Of a DNA stretch of 64,000 nucleotides, positions 48,243-58,900 are shown one piece after another; within the stretch, counting starts at the first letter, position 1; every line of letters starts with the position of its first letter. The stretch lies in assembly GCA_937863685.1 (NCBI GenBank), contig CALMGM010000012.1:1816-65815 (forward strand), read 5' to 3'. The position numbers and the translations under genes were made by a program. The notes beneath the pieces are model-generated. The model was not told the origin of the DNA, did no database searches, and saw nothing but the letters and a program-made list of their open reading frames with translations. The stretch is from an uncultured bacterium. Lineage in GTDB: Bacteria; Edwardsbacteria; AC1; EtOH8.

Positions 48243-48947
48243 ATGAAGAGGCTATCCCTGATGGTTTTGGCCATCGTCCTTTTATCGCTTAACGCCTTTG
48301 CCTTGCCGGGGTTGGAGATCGGGGTGGGGCCGTATGTCGGTTTGTATAATCCGGCGCTGACCACCGTCAATGAACAGGTGTTGCTTTGGGACCACCAGAC
48401 AGCCTTCGGTTCAGCCGCCATTTTCGGCGGGCAGTTAAAATTGGGCTTGCCCATGGGACTGGGCGGTGGGGTGGACCTGGGATACTGGAGCAACAGCAAG
48501 GAATGGACTGAGGACAACCTGATAGACCAGCATGCCTACAAGATCAAACTGATGCCGGTGGATGTCTTTATACAGTACTCCATGCCGTTGATTCCCATGG
48601 TGTTAAAGGCCAAGGCCGGTGCTTCGGTGGGCAACGTCTCGGCCGGGCTGGATGTCAGCGAGAATCGGATCAACCAATGGAACCATTACTGGAATTCCGA
48701 AGGAAGCGCTGTAATATTTGGCGTCTTCGGCGGGCTGGACCTGGTGGCCCTGCCCAAGTTCAACATCAGCGCCGAGATCGGCTACAAAATGGGCAAGGTT
48801 GATCACCTGATTATCAAAGAATGCCATGAGCCGGACAATGTCAATGATGTATATGAATATTACGATCACACCAAAGACCAACAATTACCACTACCTTTAG
48901 AATTAAGCGGGGTGAATGCCAAGATCGTTGCAACCTACGTATTTTAA
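48243..48947 (+). CDS. Outer-membrane beta-barrel protein (OmpA-like/porin-family fold), hypothetical
   Basis: Signal peptide, amphipathic beta-strand periodicity, and C-terminal ..ATYVF ending in Phe. Confidence 0.5.
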   Translation: MKRLSLMVLAIVLLSLNAFALPGLEIGVGPYVGLYNPALTTVNEQVLLWDHQTAFGSAAIFGGQLKLGLPMGLGGGVDLGYWSNSKEWTEDNLIDQHAYKIKLMPVDVFIQYSMPLIPMVLKAKAGASVGNVSAGLDVSENRINQWNHYWNSEGSAVIFGVFGGLDLVALPKFNISAEIGYKMGKVDHLIIKECHEPDNVNDVYEYYDHTKDQQLPLPLELSGVNAKIVATYVF

Positions 48948-48965
48948 GGCTGTTAGATATAACAA

Positions 48966-49000
48966 CAAAAGCCCGATCTTTTAAAGACCGGGCTTTTTGA
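48966..49000. terminator. Bidirectional rho-independent terminator between convergent genes
   Basis: aaagcccgatct-tttaa-agaccgggcttt with an A-run upstream and T5 downstream. Confidence 0.55.
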
Positions 49001-49018
49001 TTATATTAAACAAGATGT

Positions 49019-49882
49019 TTAATTATATCTGGCAAATAAACTGCAAGGCAATGAAATATCATTATTTGACAATTGCAATTCTCCGTACTGGATCCGATCA
49101 GACGGCAGGATATCGGCCAGCAGATTTTTGAGGGTTTGGGGCGAATGTCCCACGTTATAGGCGTTGATAAGAAAGAATAACGGCTTATCGGACAAAAGAT
49201 TATGGCATAATCTCAAAAGCCTTGGCATATCTCGATTGAATTTGAAAGTTTTGCCCGAAGTATCACGGCCAAATGCTGGCGGATCCATGATTATAGCATC
49301 ATATTTGGCTCCACGTTTTACCTCGCGTTCTATGAATTTTAAGCAGTCGTCAACGATCCAGCGGATGGGCTTATCGGACAATTGGCTCAATTCCTGGTTT
49401 CTTTTGGCCCAGGAAACAGCGGGCTTAGATGAATCCACGTGACAGACCCTAGCCCCGGCCGCAGCCGCAGCCAGTGTAGCGGCACCGGTATAAGCGAATA
49501 AATTGAGTACATTGGGCTGGCCGGGGCTGTTATTGATTAATTCCGAGAACCAGTCCCAGTTGACGGCCTGTTCCGGGAAGACGCCGGTATGCTTGTACGG
49601 CGTCAGTTTGAGCTCCAAAGTCAGCTCCTTGTGCCTGAAAAGCCAGGGTCGGGGAGGAGGCGAAGTTTGCCGCCATTTGCCAGTCTCGATGAACACCGCC
49701 TGGGCTTTATTCCAATCGGCAGCCGAAAGCTTTTTATTCCAAATCGCTCCAGGCTCCGGCCGGGATATCAGATAACCGGCAAAGCGTTCCAGCTTCTGGC
49801 CGTTGCCGGAGTCGAGGAGGGAGTGGTCTTTGAGGCTATTTGGCGTGAGGATCTGCATTATAAACCCTTGTGTAATAAGCAA
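49019..49882 (-). CDS. Class I SAM-dependent methyltransferase, RlmI/RlmK-like rRNA m5C methyltransferase catalytic domain
   Basis: VLNLFAYTGAATLAAAAAGA (SAM motif I) and IIMDPPAFGR (motif IV DPP). Confidence 0.7.
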   Translation of the reverse strand: MLITQGFIMQILTPNSLKDHSLLDSGNGQKLERFAGYLISRPEPGAIWNKKLSAADWNKAQAVFIETGKWRQTSPPPRPWLFRHKELTLELKLTPYKHTGVFPEQAVNWDWFSELINNSPGQPNVLNLFAYTGAATLAAAAAGARVCHVDSSKPAVSWAKRNQELSQLSDKPIRWIVDDCLKFIEREVKRGAKYDAIIMDPPAFGRDTSGKTFKFNRDMPRLLRLCHNLLSDKPLFFLINAYNVGHSPQTLKNLLADILPSDRIQYGELQLSNNDISLPCSLFARYN

Positions 49883-50291
49883 TATTGATAGTTTACATAA
49901 TATATATTATGGGACAATCATCGGGTAAACAGAAATCAGGGGCTATTAAAACCCGCTTATTTAGGTTATAATCCGATGTTTCAAACTCACCCCTTCTTGG
50001 GTGTTCTATGGGCCTAAGGATCGATGAATATAACCCGACCAGGCTAATTAAGCTTTGGGCTGTCGAATCGTCTGCTGGTGAAATTGATGAAGCCAATGGT
50101 AAAATATTACTGAACAGATATTATACCCTTCGGCTTGTCCCCCGTCCTAAGATGGAAAACGGAAAACTTTATTGGGAGTTATTAATTACTCGGGATCCTT
50201 CGCTCGGGTCCAAGGTCTGAAATTCGCCAGAATTTCTTCTTGACTATTAATAGAGTATCTCAACGGACTGTCTTAGTTATCCACAGGGGTT

Positions 50292-50522
50292 TTAGCCCGC
50301 AACAAGCTTTTTACCCATCGGGGAATCAACAGGTATCATGTCTTTTGAATTACACTTAGGACAACCTTTGTAACGGCTTCCTAAGCGCCACATAGAATAG
50401 ATTAAACCTGGGACAAGGAATATAAACCATAATAAAATCTCTAAACCGATAGAACCTTTGGTAATATTTTTAGGTTTTCCCACAAAACCGCATTTAGTGC
50501 ATACCTGATCAGCGTTTGCCAT
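50292..50522 (-). CDS. Small LITAF-like zinc-ribbon membrane protein (CxxC - hydrophobic segment - CxxC)
   Basis: CTKCG ..ILLWFIFLVPGLIYSMW.. CPKCN in 76 aa, inside an AT-rich islet. Confidence 0.4.
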   Translation of the reverse strand: MANADQVCTKCGFVGKPKNITKGSIGLEILLWFIFLVPGLIYSMWRLGSRYKGCPKCNSKDMIPVDSPMGKKLVAG

Positions 50523-50764
50523 AGTTAAACTCCTTCAATTGTTCTTTAAAATTTAAGAAACTCAAAATACCTTAATTAATTGCATTGCAATATATTAGTT
50601 ATGTTTACTAATCGCAAACTATTGGAAAAAGACCCGGATTTATGTTTACCCGTTTTAACTTATTGGAATTGTAACGAGAAAATAAATAATGCTGTTATAT
50701 TTATTATGGGACAATATAATAATAAATGGTTTTTAAACCATTTAACCCCCAAAGAAGCATCACT

Positions 50765-51169
50765 CTAATAAATTGGTGAATTCCACCACCATATACCAAT
50801 TCCTATCAATATCAAGCCTCCTAAAATGATTGCAGTATTGGCGGGCCGTTTATTTTTATTATTTTCAATTTCAATATCGGCTTTCGTTTTCTGGGTGCTT
50901 TGCCACTTGTAAATGATTCCGTTCGGACCCACTCTGAAGCTTGTATAACGGGTCGGCTGAATTATATCCACCCAGGTGAGAACCCTTCCGCCTTGGCCAT
51001 CATCCTTTTCCCCATTACAATCACCCCATTCCTGGACCACTTCATTATAATGTTTCCCGACATATCCCTCGCATACTTCTCTCATGGTCGGGCCTTTAGG
51101 CTTTGTTGTGGCGCAGCCGATAAGATTCAAAAAAATGATCGTTGAAAGCACGATTCGCCATGTCTTCAT
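50765..51169 (-). CDS. Hypothetical lipoprotein with a C-terminal TM anchor (AT-rich islet)
   Basis: Lipobox NLIGC after MKTWRIVLSTIIF. C-terminal AIILGGLILIGIGIWWW. Confidence 0.4.
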   Translation of the reverse strand: MKTWRIVLSTIIFLNLIGCATTKPKGPTMREVCEGYVGKHYNEVVQEWGDCNGEKDDGQGGRVLTWVDIIQPTRYTSFRVGPNGIIYKWQSTQKTKADIEIENNKNKRPANTAIILGGLILIGIGIWWWNSPIY

Positions 51170-51235
51170 CCATCTGCCCTCCATTTAATAAATAAATGCT
51201 GGCCAAGAGTAGCCAGCATTTATATCAATAATTGA

Positions 51236-53857
51236 TCAAACTACGATATTCACCAGTTTCTTGGGTATCACCACCACCTTCTTCACGTTCACATTTACCA
51301 GATGCTCCTTCACCTTCTCGCTGTTGAGGGCCGTCTTCTTAAGCTCCTCGTCGCTGATATCGGCCGGAACGGTGATCCGGTCCCTGAGCTTGCCGTTTAT
51401 CTGCACCACCAGGGTGATCTCATCGTTGGCGGCGATCACCGGATCGGATTTAGGCCACTGGGCCCGGTAGGTGGTCCCCTTATGTCCCAACAACTGCCAC
51501 AGTTCCTCGGACATGTGCGGTGTGAACGGCGCCATCAGCAGGATCAGGGTATCTATTATCTCCGAGGCCAGATAGGGATACTGGTCCGCCAGCTTCTCCC
51601 CCTTGACCGGAAAGGCCGCGTAGACCTCGTTGGTAAGCTCCATCAGGGCCGCCACCGAGGTGTTGAACTGGAACTTCTCCATGTCATCGGTGACCTTATT
51701 TATAGTCTGGTGCAGTTTGCGCCTGACCGCCTTGGCGGCGGAATGCTCCTCATCATTGACCTGGGATGCCCAGTCGGGCTGGTAGACCGGCTGGTAGGTG
51801 TTTATCCAGCGCCACACCCGGCTGACGAAGCGGAACGACCCGTTGATGCCCTCCTCCGTCCACTGAACGTCGTCCTCGAACGGGGCCACGAACATCTCGT
51901 AGACCCTCAGGCTGTCGGCCCCGTACTTTTCGGCGATCTCGTCCGGGGTCACCACATTGCCCCTGGACTTGGACATCCGGGCCCAGCGCCAGACCGTCTG
52001 CTCCTTGGGGAAGGCCTCCCGCTCCTCCGGCTTCAGCACGATCCAGTCCACCAGGTGGGTCTCTGCTCCTTCGCTTTCCATGCTCTCGTCGCTGCGCGGT
52101 TTTCGCCCCGGAGTATAGGCTAAAAGAGATCCCTGGTTGTGCAGGGTCAAAAACGGCTCGGTGAAATTCACGTATCCTTCATCATATAAGACCTTGGTCC
52201 AAAAACGGGAATACAGCAGGTGCGAGCGGATATGCTCGGCCCCTCCGGCGTAGATGTCCACCGGCAGCCAGTAATCGAGCTTTTCTTTGGAGGCAAAATA
52301 CTTATCATTCTTGGGATCGGCGAAGCGCATAAAATACCAGGAAGAACAGGCGTAGCCGCCCATGGTGTCGGTCTCGCGCTTGGCCGGGCCGCCGCATTTC
52401 GGACATTTAGTATTTACAAATTCCGGTATATTGGCTAGGGGCGACTCACCGGTACCCGAAGGCTGGTAGTTCTCCACCTCCGGCAACAGCACCGGAAGTT
52501 GTTCCTCCGGAACCGGCACCACGCCGCATTTGGGGCAGTGGATCATGGGAATGGGCGCTCCCCAATAACGCTGACGGCTGATCAGCCAATCACGCAGGCG
52601 GTAGTTGACCTTGCCCTCCCCGGTTTTGTTTTCCACCAGCCATTTGATGAATTTGGAGATGGTCTCTTTTGAGTTAGGCAGTCCATCAAACTGCCCGGAA
52701 TTTATCATAGAACCACCATCGGGAATGGCCTGGGTCATCTCCTCGGGGCTTGCCGGACCGCCCTCCGATTTGAAGACCATCCGGATGGGAATGTTGAACT
52801 TTTTGGCGAATTCGAAGTCGCGCTGATCGTGAGCCGGAACGGCCATGATGGCTCCGGTGCCGTAGCCCATCATCACGTAATCGGCTATCCAAACGGGAAT
52901 CTTCTCGCCGTTGACCGGATTTGTGATATAACTGCCGGTGAAGACGCCGGTCTTGGTGCGCTCGGTGTTCAGTCGCTCGATCTCGGTCTCGCTACGCACC
53001 TTTTTGATATAAGCCTCGATATCAGCCCTCTGTTCTGGGGTGGTCAGTTGCTCGACCATGGGATGCTCGGGCGCCAGCACCATGAAGGTGGCCCCGAACA
53101 AGGTATCCGGCCGGGTGGTGAACACTTCAATTTCAAATTTCAAATTTGCAATTTCAAATTTAACTGTGGCCCCCTCGCTCCGCCCTATCCAATCGCGCTG
53201 CATCTCCTTCATGCCCTCGGTCCATTTAAGGCCTTCGAGATCATTCAGCAAACGGTCGGCGTAGGCCGTGATCTTAAAGAACCACTGAGGCATGGGCCGC
53301 TTTTCCACCACGGTATCGCAACGCCAGCAGCGGCCCTCCTTGACCTCCTCGTTTGCCAGGCCGGTCTTGCAGGCCGGGCACCAGTTGATGGGCGCGGTGT
53401 CGCGATAGGCCAGCCCCTTATTGTAGAGCAAGAGGAATATCCACTGGGTCCACTTGTAATATTCTGGCAGACTGGAATTTATCTCCCGGTCCCAGTCGTA
53501 GCTGCAGCCGGTCAGCTTGAGGGTTCTCTTGTAATTGGCGGCGTATTCCGGCACCATCAGCCGGGGGTTGCGTCCCTTCTTGATGGCTTCGTTCTCGGCC
53601 GGCTGGCCGAAGGCGTCCCAGCCCATGGGATGCAGCACGTTGAATCCGTCCATGCTCTTGTAGCGACAGAAGGCGTCCATCGGCACGTAGTTCTTGAGGT
53701 GTCCCACATGAAGGCCCGAACCGGATGGGTAGGGAAACATCTCCAGGCAGTATACCTTGGGTTTGTCGGATCGTTCATCAGCCCGGAAGGTCTTCTCCCT
53801 CTCCCAGGTCTTCTGCCAGCTGGCTTCGATCTCTCTGAAATTGTATTCTCTGGTCAT
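51236..53857 (-). CDS. leuS: Leucyl-tRNA synthetase
   Basis: HVGHLKNY (HIGH) motif, the CP1 editing domain, the KMSKS region (WRWARMSKSRGN) and the TTRPDT motif. 873 aa. Confidence 0.9.
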   Translation of the reverse strand: MTREYNFREIEASWQKTWEREKTFRADERSDKPKVYCLEMFPYPSGSGLHVGHLKNYVPMDAFCRYKSMDGFNVLHPMGWDAFGQPAENEAIKKGRNPRLMVPEYAANYKRTLKLTGCSYDWDREINSSLPEYYKWTQWIFLLLYNKGLAYRDTAPINWCPACKTGLANEEVKEGRCWRCDTVVEKRPMPQWFFKITAYADRLLNDLEGLKWTEGMKEMQRDWIGRSEGATVKFEIANLKFEIEVFTTRPDTLFGATFMVLAPEHPMVEQLTTPEQRADIEAYIKKVRSETEIERLNTERTKTGVFTGSYITNPVNGEKIPVWIADYVMMGYGTGAIMAVPAHDQRDFEFAKKFNIPIRMVFKSEGGPASPEEMTQAIPDGGSMINSGQFDGLPNSKETISKFIKWLVENKTGEGKVNYRLRDWLISRQRYWGAPIPMIHCPKCGVVPVPEEQLPVLLPEVENYQPSGTGESPLANIPEFVNTKCPKCGGPAKRETDTMGGYACSSWYFMRFADPKNDKYFASKEKLDYWLPVDIYAGGAEHIRSHLLYSRFWTKVLYDEGYVNFTEPFLTLHNQGSLLAYTPGRKPRSDESMESEGAETHLVDWIVLKPEEREAFPKEQTVWRWARMSKSRGNVVTPDEIAEKYGADSLRVYEMFVAPFEDDVQWTEEGINGSFRFVSRVWRWINTYQPVYQPDWASQVNDEEHSAAKAVRRKLHQTINKVTDDMEKFQFNTSVAALMELTNEVYAAFPVKGEKLADQYPYLASEIIDTLILLMAPFTPHMSEELWQLLGHKGTTYRAQWPKSDPVIAANDEITLVVQINGKLRDRITVPADISDEELKKTALNSEKVKEHLVNVNVKKVVVIPKKLVNIVV

Positions 53858-53943
53858 TGTATCAGGTGTTTGGTTTAAGTTAAAAGCCTTCAGAATATTT
53901 GATAAATCTGAAGGCTATCGTTTGGCTTTAATAGGCCTCGATT

Positions 53944-54846
53944 TTATTTTCCGCCCAGCAGGTCGGTGGCGTTGATAAGCTCATTGCCGCATTTCTCGCA
54001 GTACCAGTTGTCGGCCCGGTTGAAGGCCCCGCATTTGGGGCATTTGAGCTCGCCCTCGTGGGACTCTTCAATATGAATATCTCCGGCTTCCGGCTGTGAT
54101 GGCAGGCTTTCCATCATCAGCACCGGCTCCGGCATCGGAGCCGGTGATTCGGAGGCCGGCTGCTCCTGGCCGAAACTGGAACCCAATATGCTGGCAAATT
54201 GTTTTTCCAGTTCGTCCAGTTCGCTGCGCTGGGCCAGCGGGGTCGGTTCGGGAACCGCTGGCGGTTCGGGAGCAGCCGGTGGCACAGGGACCGGTTCTGG
54301 TTTAGGCGCCGGCGCAGGCTTGACGGCGGCAACAGGCTTGGGTGGCTCAGGTTTTGGTAATTTGGGCGGGGCCGCCAGCGGCTCGGGCGGAGGCGGTGGG
54401 GCGGCCGGGGCTGATGGCTTGCCGCCCACCAGGGCCTGGTACCTGTCTATCTTCTCGGCCAGCTCCTGCATTTTGGCGACAATGGCCTCGTTCTCCTGGT
54501 TATAGGCAACAGATTTCTGGGCGTAATCGGCATCCTCCACCTCGCCGATGGCGGCCCGCAGTTCCAACTCCTCCATCTCGGTGCGGATCTCCTTTTCCCG
54601 GGCCAGCAATCCGGCCTGCTCGGTCAAAGCGGAATCCAGGGCCTCCTGCATCCCGGCGCCTTTTTCCTCCAACAGAACCTGCAATTCCAGCAGCTTGGCC
54701 TCGTACTCCCCGCGCACCTTCTGAAATATCTCCGGCTTGGTAGCGGCCTTCTTTTCGTCCAACAGTCGGATTCTCTTGTTGAAGACCTCGGTCAGGCGTT
54801 GAAGTTCCTCGATCGATTCGTTGCCGGTGATGTTCTCTAAAGCCAT
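53944..54846 (-). CDS. Hypothetical protein: N-terminal coiled coil, Pro/Ala-rich linker (PEPxKP repeats), C-terminal zinc ribbon (CPKCG..CEKCG)
   Basis: Heptad-rich N-terminal half, about 80 aa of P/A/E/K-rich low complexity, and a terminal CxxC-x12-CxxC. No signal peptide. Confidence 0.5.
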   Translation of the reverse strand: MALENITGNESIEELQRLTEVFNKRIRLLDEKKAATKPEIFQKVRGEYEAKLLELQVLLEEKGAGMQEALDSALTEQAGLLAREKEIRTEMEELELRAAIGEVEDADYAQKSVAYNQENEAIVAKMQELAEKIDRYQALVGGKPSAPAAPPPPPEPLAAPPKLPKPEPPKPVAAVKPAPAPKPEPVPVPPAAPEPPAVPEPTPLAQRSELDELEKQFASILGSSFGQEQPASESPAPMPEPVLMMESLPSQPEAGDIHIEESHEGELKCPKCGAFNRADNWYCEKCGNELINATDLLGGK

Positions 54847-54863
54847 TATTATTTCCTTAAGTA

Positions 54864-55859
54864 TTAGGAAGATAATTTATAAATGAGTTCTTGGACCAGG
54901 GTCCGGGGTTCTCCCCGGCCGGATTTTAGGGCGTATTCGGCAAGATATATCCGCCCCATTGCCCGAAGGTACTGCTGGGCGGTCCTGTTCCGCGAAACCG
55001 GGATCATCTGGTTCACGTAATATTCGTGGCTCTGGATACTGTAGCCGATCTGCCGGGGGGGCACGCCGCGGGCGGTCAGGAGAAATACCTTCCAGAATTT
55101 TTCCAGCTGGTAATAGACGGAACTCACCAGTCTGACCGGGTCTTCCCCGGAGGACAACAACCGTTCGTATAACAGCAGCGATCTTACCCGGTCCCTGGCG
55201 CAGATGGCATTGGCCAATTCGTAGCTTTCGACCTCAAAAGATGATCCTGCCAGGGATTTTATATCGTCCTGGGTGATCTCGGTTCCTTCCCGGCCCGCCG
55301 AGTAAAGCTCTAATTTCTCGATCTCCTTGTCCAAAATGCCCAGGTTGTTGCCGGAGATGTCCACCAACAGCTGGGCTCCGGCCGGTTTAACGGTCAGACC
55401 CCGGGCAGAGGCTTTGGCCATCACCCATTTTACGGTCTCGGCTTCCTTCAGTTGGTTGAAGGCCAGGGTCGGTATCTTTTCGTTCAGTCCCTTGTAAAAA
55501 GCCGTCTTTTTATCCAGATTAACCGAACACAGGATCAGGCAGACATCCTGACTGGGACAATCCAGGTATTCCAGTATCTGCTTGCGGCCCTTGACCGACA
55601 GGGACTCTATCTCTTTGACCACGATCAACCGCTGTTCGGCAAACATTCCCAGGCTTTGGGTTCTCTGGACAATGCTGGCCCCGTCCTGTTCGGTGGCCGA
55701 AATGCGCTCCAAACCCTGTGAAACCTGGGATTCCCCCAGAAAAGCCAGGGCCAACCGGCCTATGGCCTGATCTTTAAGATACTCCTCTTCCCCCGGGAAA
55801 AAATACGCCAAAGCTATCTTTTTTGCCGCGATCTGACGTTCTAAGTCGTTAAATGTCAT
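54864..55859 (-). CDS. holA: DNA polymerase III delta subunit (HolA)
   Basis: The architecture and motif pattern align with HolA (N-terminal AAA-like LAYFFPGEEEYL, central and C-terminal helical domains). ~330 aa. Confidence 0.7.
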   Translation of the reverse strand: MTFNDLERQIAAKKIALAYFFPGEEEYLKDQAIGRLALAFLGESQVSQGLERISATEQDGASIVQRTQSLGMFAEQRLIVVKEIESLSVKGRKQILEYLDCPSQDVCLILCSVNLDKKTAFYKGLNEKIPTLAFNQLKEAETVKWVMAKASARGLTVKPAGAQLLVDISGNNLGILDKEIEKLELYSAGREGTEITQDDIKSLAGSSFEVESYELANAICARDRVRSLLLYERLLSSGEDPVRLVSSVYYQLEKFWKVFLLTARGVPPRQIGYSIQSHEYYVNQMIPVSRNRTAQQYLRAMGRIYLAEYALKSGRGEPRTLVQELIYKLSS

Positions 55860-55973
55860 CTTAACTGTATAGTTTACTAACTAAATAAGGATTTGTCAAC
55901 AAAATTCTTAAAACGAATTTTTCCGATAAAATTAAGCCGGGCCTTATAAAGGCCCGGCTTTCTGGAGCGAGTC

Positions 55974-58900
55974 TTAACGCAGTATGGTCATCCTTTTGGT
56001 CAGGGTTCTGTTCATGGTCCTTAGCTGGTAAATGTAGACCCCCGATGCCAGTCTGGCGCCGTTGCGGTCGGTGCCGTTCCAATCGATGGCATGGTTTCCG
56101 GCCTCCAGCTTGCCGTCAAACAGGGTATTCACCTTCTGCCCCAGGACGTTGAACACCTCCAGGCTGGCCTGGGCCGATACCGGCAAACTGAACTTGAACG
56201 TGGTCCTTCCGGTTGTCATGGGATTGGGAGCCACGGACTTGAGCTGCAGTGTATAGACCTGGCTCTCCGGCTTTCCGGCCACACCGGTGGGAGTGGCTGA
56301 GGCCTCGTTGGAATAGGCGCTGAAAGTGTCGGGTGATGAATAGACAGCCCTGACCACGTAGTAGTATGTATTATTATTCAACACTGTTGTGTCGGTGTAG
56401 GTGGTATCGTTGACCTTAGACAGCCCGGTATAAGGTCCTCCGGAGACGTTGCTTCTTAACAGATCATATCCGGCAATGTTCTTGGCCAGGAACAAGGCAC
56501 CTGTCATTCCAGGATAGACTGCGGCTTGTTTGTTCTCGATCCGGACCGGTTTGAGGTCTGCCAGGGCCGCCAGGGGCCTGGCTCCAGGTTTCGGCAGGTA
56601 TGATTTCAGCGCCAGGCCCTTGCTGTAGTCGTGGTAGGAGACCGCCGACTCATGGCTCCAGTCGTGATAGGTGGTGCCACCGCTGATCAGATTGCCCCAG
56701 GCGGCAGCCGAGGAATCATAAACCAGGGAGCGGATCCCCGGCCCGTCGCTGTCGCTCAACGGCATCGGCATATTGTCGGTCCGGATGACGTAGCCGATGT
56801 GGAAATCGCCGGAGGACAGTACCAGATTTTGGGCTGACAGGTCGACCACGGTATAGGCCGGGTAGTCCAAAGGCATGATGGTGACCGGCGGGACCAATTC
56901 GGCTGAACGATCGGGCAATCCGGAACCGTCATCCGCCCAGACGTGGAGCTCCACCGAATCCAGCCCGGCGGCATCCCACCAGGATGACACCGCCTGCTCC
57001 AGTTTGCAGGGATAGTGCTGGGGGGTGAACCGGGTGTCAACAATATTGCCGGCATCCTGGAAGAAACCGGTGTTGTTGGTGAGATAGTAGCTAAGCACCT
57101 GGGCCGGCGGGGTCCAGGTGAGGTCGACGGTCAGGTTGCCGCCTAAGGCGGACAATCCGGATGGCGCCAGGGGCGACAGGATCCGGAACTGGTATCCCCG
57201 GTACATGCCGGGGTCATACTGCACCGCCCCTCCGTCATCCCAGGCCCCGAAGAAGAATTCTATGACCGTTCCGGCCGCCAGCGGCCCCGGGATGCTGTAG
57301 TTGAAGGTATCCCCGTCGGTTGAGGAATGGACCACGGCCCACCAGTCGGTGGCGTTGTCGGTGTACCACAGGGTGTCGGCCGCTATCCCCGCCTTGCCCA
57401 GGTCGGTTATCGCCGCCCGGACTATGAAAGGACCGGTTCCGTCATATGTGTCCCCGGGTTGCTGGACCAGGGTGATCTCCGGCCCCTTGAAGGGACTGGA
57501 GGTAAACTGGACCACGGTGTCCGGTAGAAATTCTATGCTATTGCCGGCCAAATCGATGCCCGAGGTGATTATAACTGACATCACCGTGCTGTAGGGATAG
57601 GGATCCTGGGGGATCAAAGTAAATGTATCTCCGGCCGCATTCCAGCCCGGAGTGAAATCATGGAAGGGATTGGTATATCCGTCAAGCGAATCGGTGTTCA
57701 TCGGCTCGGAGAAGGCGATGACTATGGTATCGTTAAGGCCCACGTCAACCGCTCCCCAGGCCGGCGAAACGGAGACAATGTAAGGCTTGACCGTGTCGCC
57801 GACGGTGGTGGTGAACATGAAGCTGTCCGGCAGAGCCGCCAGGGGATTCCCCGCCAGGTCGTTAAGGGCGGTGAGCTTGACATTGTAGACAGTGTTCATT
57901 GACATCGGGTCATGCGACAGGAAAAGCGTGTCCATTGAAGCATTCCAGAACGGGTACTCGTTGGGGCTGGGCGTCATGCTGCCGGCCAGGGATAGGGTGT
58001 CCACCGGTTCCGAGAAGGCAATGTAGATTGCTGCGTCCAATGCCACGTCAGAGGCTCCATCGGCCGGAGAGGTGGAGACTATGTATGGCTTGACCGTGTC
58101 GCCGACGATGGTGGTGAACATGAAACTGTCCGGCAGGACCACCAGGGGGTTGCCTGACAGGTCGTTAAGGGCGGTGATCTCCAAGGTATAGGTCGTACCG
58201 GTTTCCAGATCTCCATGGACATAGAACATGGTATCCATGGTAGGATTCCAGGTCGGGTAGGATGGCGATGGCACCGGGTTTATGGTGCCGCTCACCGAAA
58301 GGGTATCTACCGCTTCGGAGAAGGCTACATACATCAGAGTGTTCAAAGCCACCTCGGTGGCGCCGTCGGCCGGATAGGTGGCCGTAATAAACGGCGCAAT
58401 GGTATCAGGGGCAAGGGAATTCTGATTCTTGGCCATGGTAAAATCGGAGAAATCGATCAGGCCGGATAGCTGGATGGTATTGTTCGCGGTGTCCCGGGAA
58501 GCAATTGCCGGGAAGGCCCATCCGGCATCATGTTTGCCGGCCACCATGTTTAACTCATCGTCCGCTTCCAAAAGATCGGCGTTGAAGTCGGACGAAAGAT
58601 AGGTCAGGTCCAGACCATAGTCGTCGAAGGTCGCAATGGAATCCGGCCTCCAGCCAAGGTTCCACCAGCGCTTCAACGTTTGCTGGGGCACCGCCGCCGA
58701 GGCATGCTCTCCGTCGTTAGACATGCAGGCCAGCAGGCCTGATTTGCTGACATTATTGAAATGCACTACGGCCGGGGTATAGCCTTGGCTGGTCCCGACA
58801 GCAAAATGGACGTCCTGTCCAGCCGCCCAGACCGGCACCTGGCGCCCCATATAGCCGATCACATATCCGTCGGTGGAGTTCTTGTTGAAGGATCCCAGCA

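Noticed and set aside
53096-53165. Short tandem DNA repeat aatttcaaatttcaaatttgcaatttcaaattt
   Set aside because: It lies inside leuS and encodes KFEIANLKFEIE at a position that aligns gap-free with the corresponding E. coli LeuS segment preceding TTRPDT. A codon-level coincidence, not an insertion or microsatellite of interest.
51302-53878. 273-aa and 349-aa plus-strand ORFs
   Set aside because: Antisense to leuS, which has unambiguous class I aaRS motifs.
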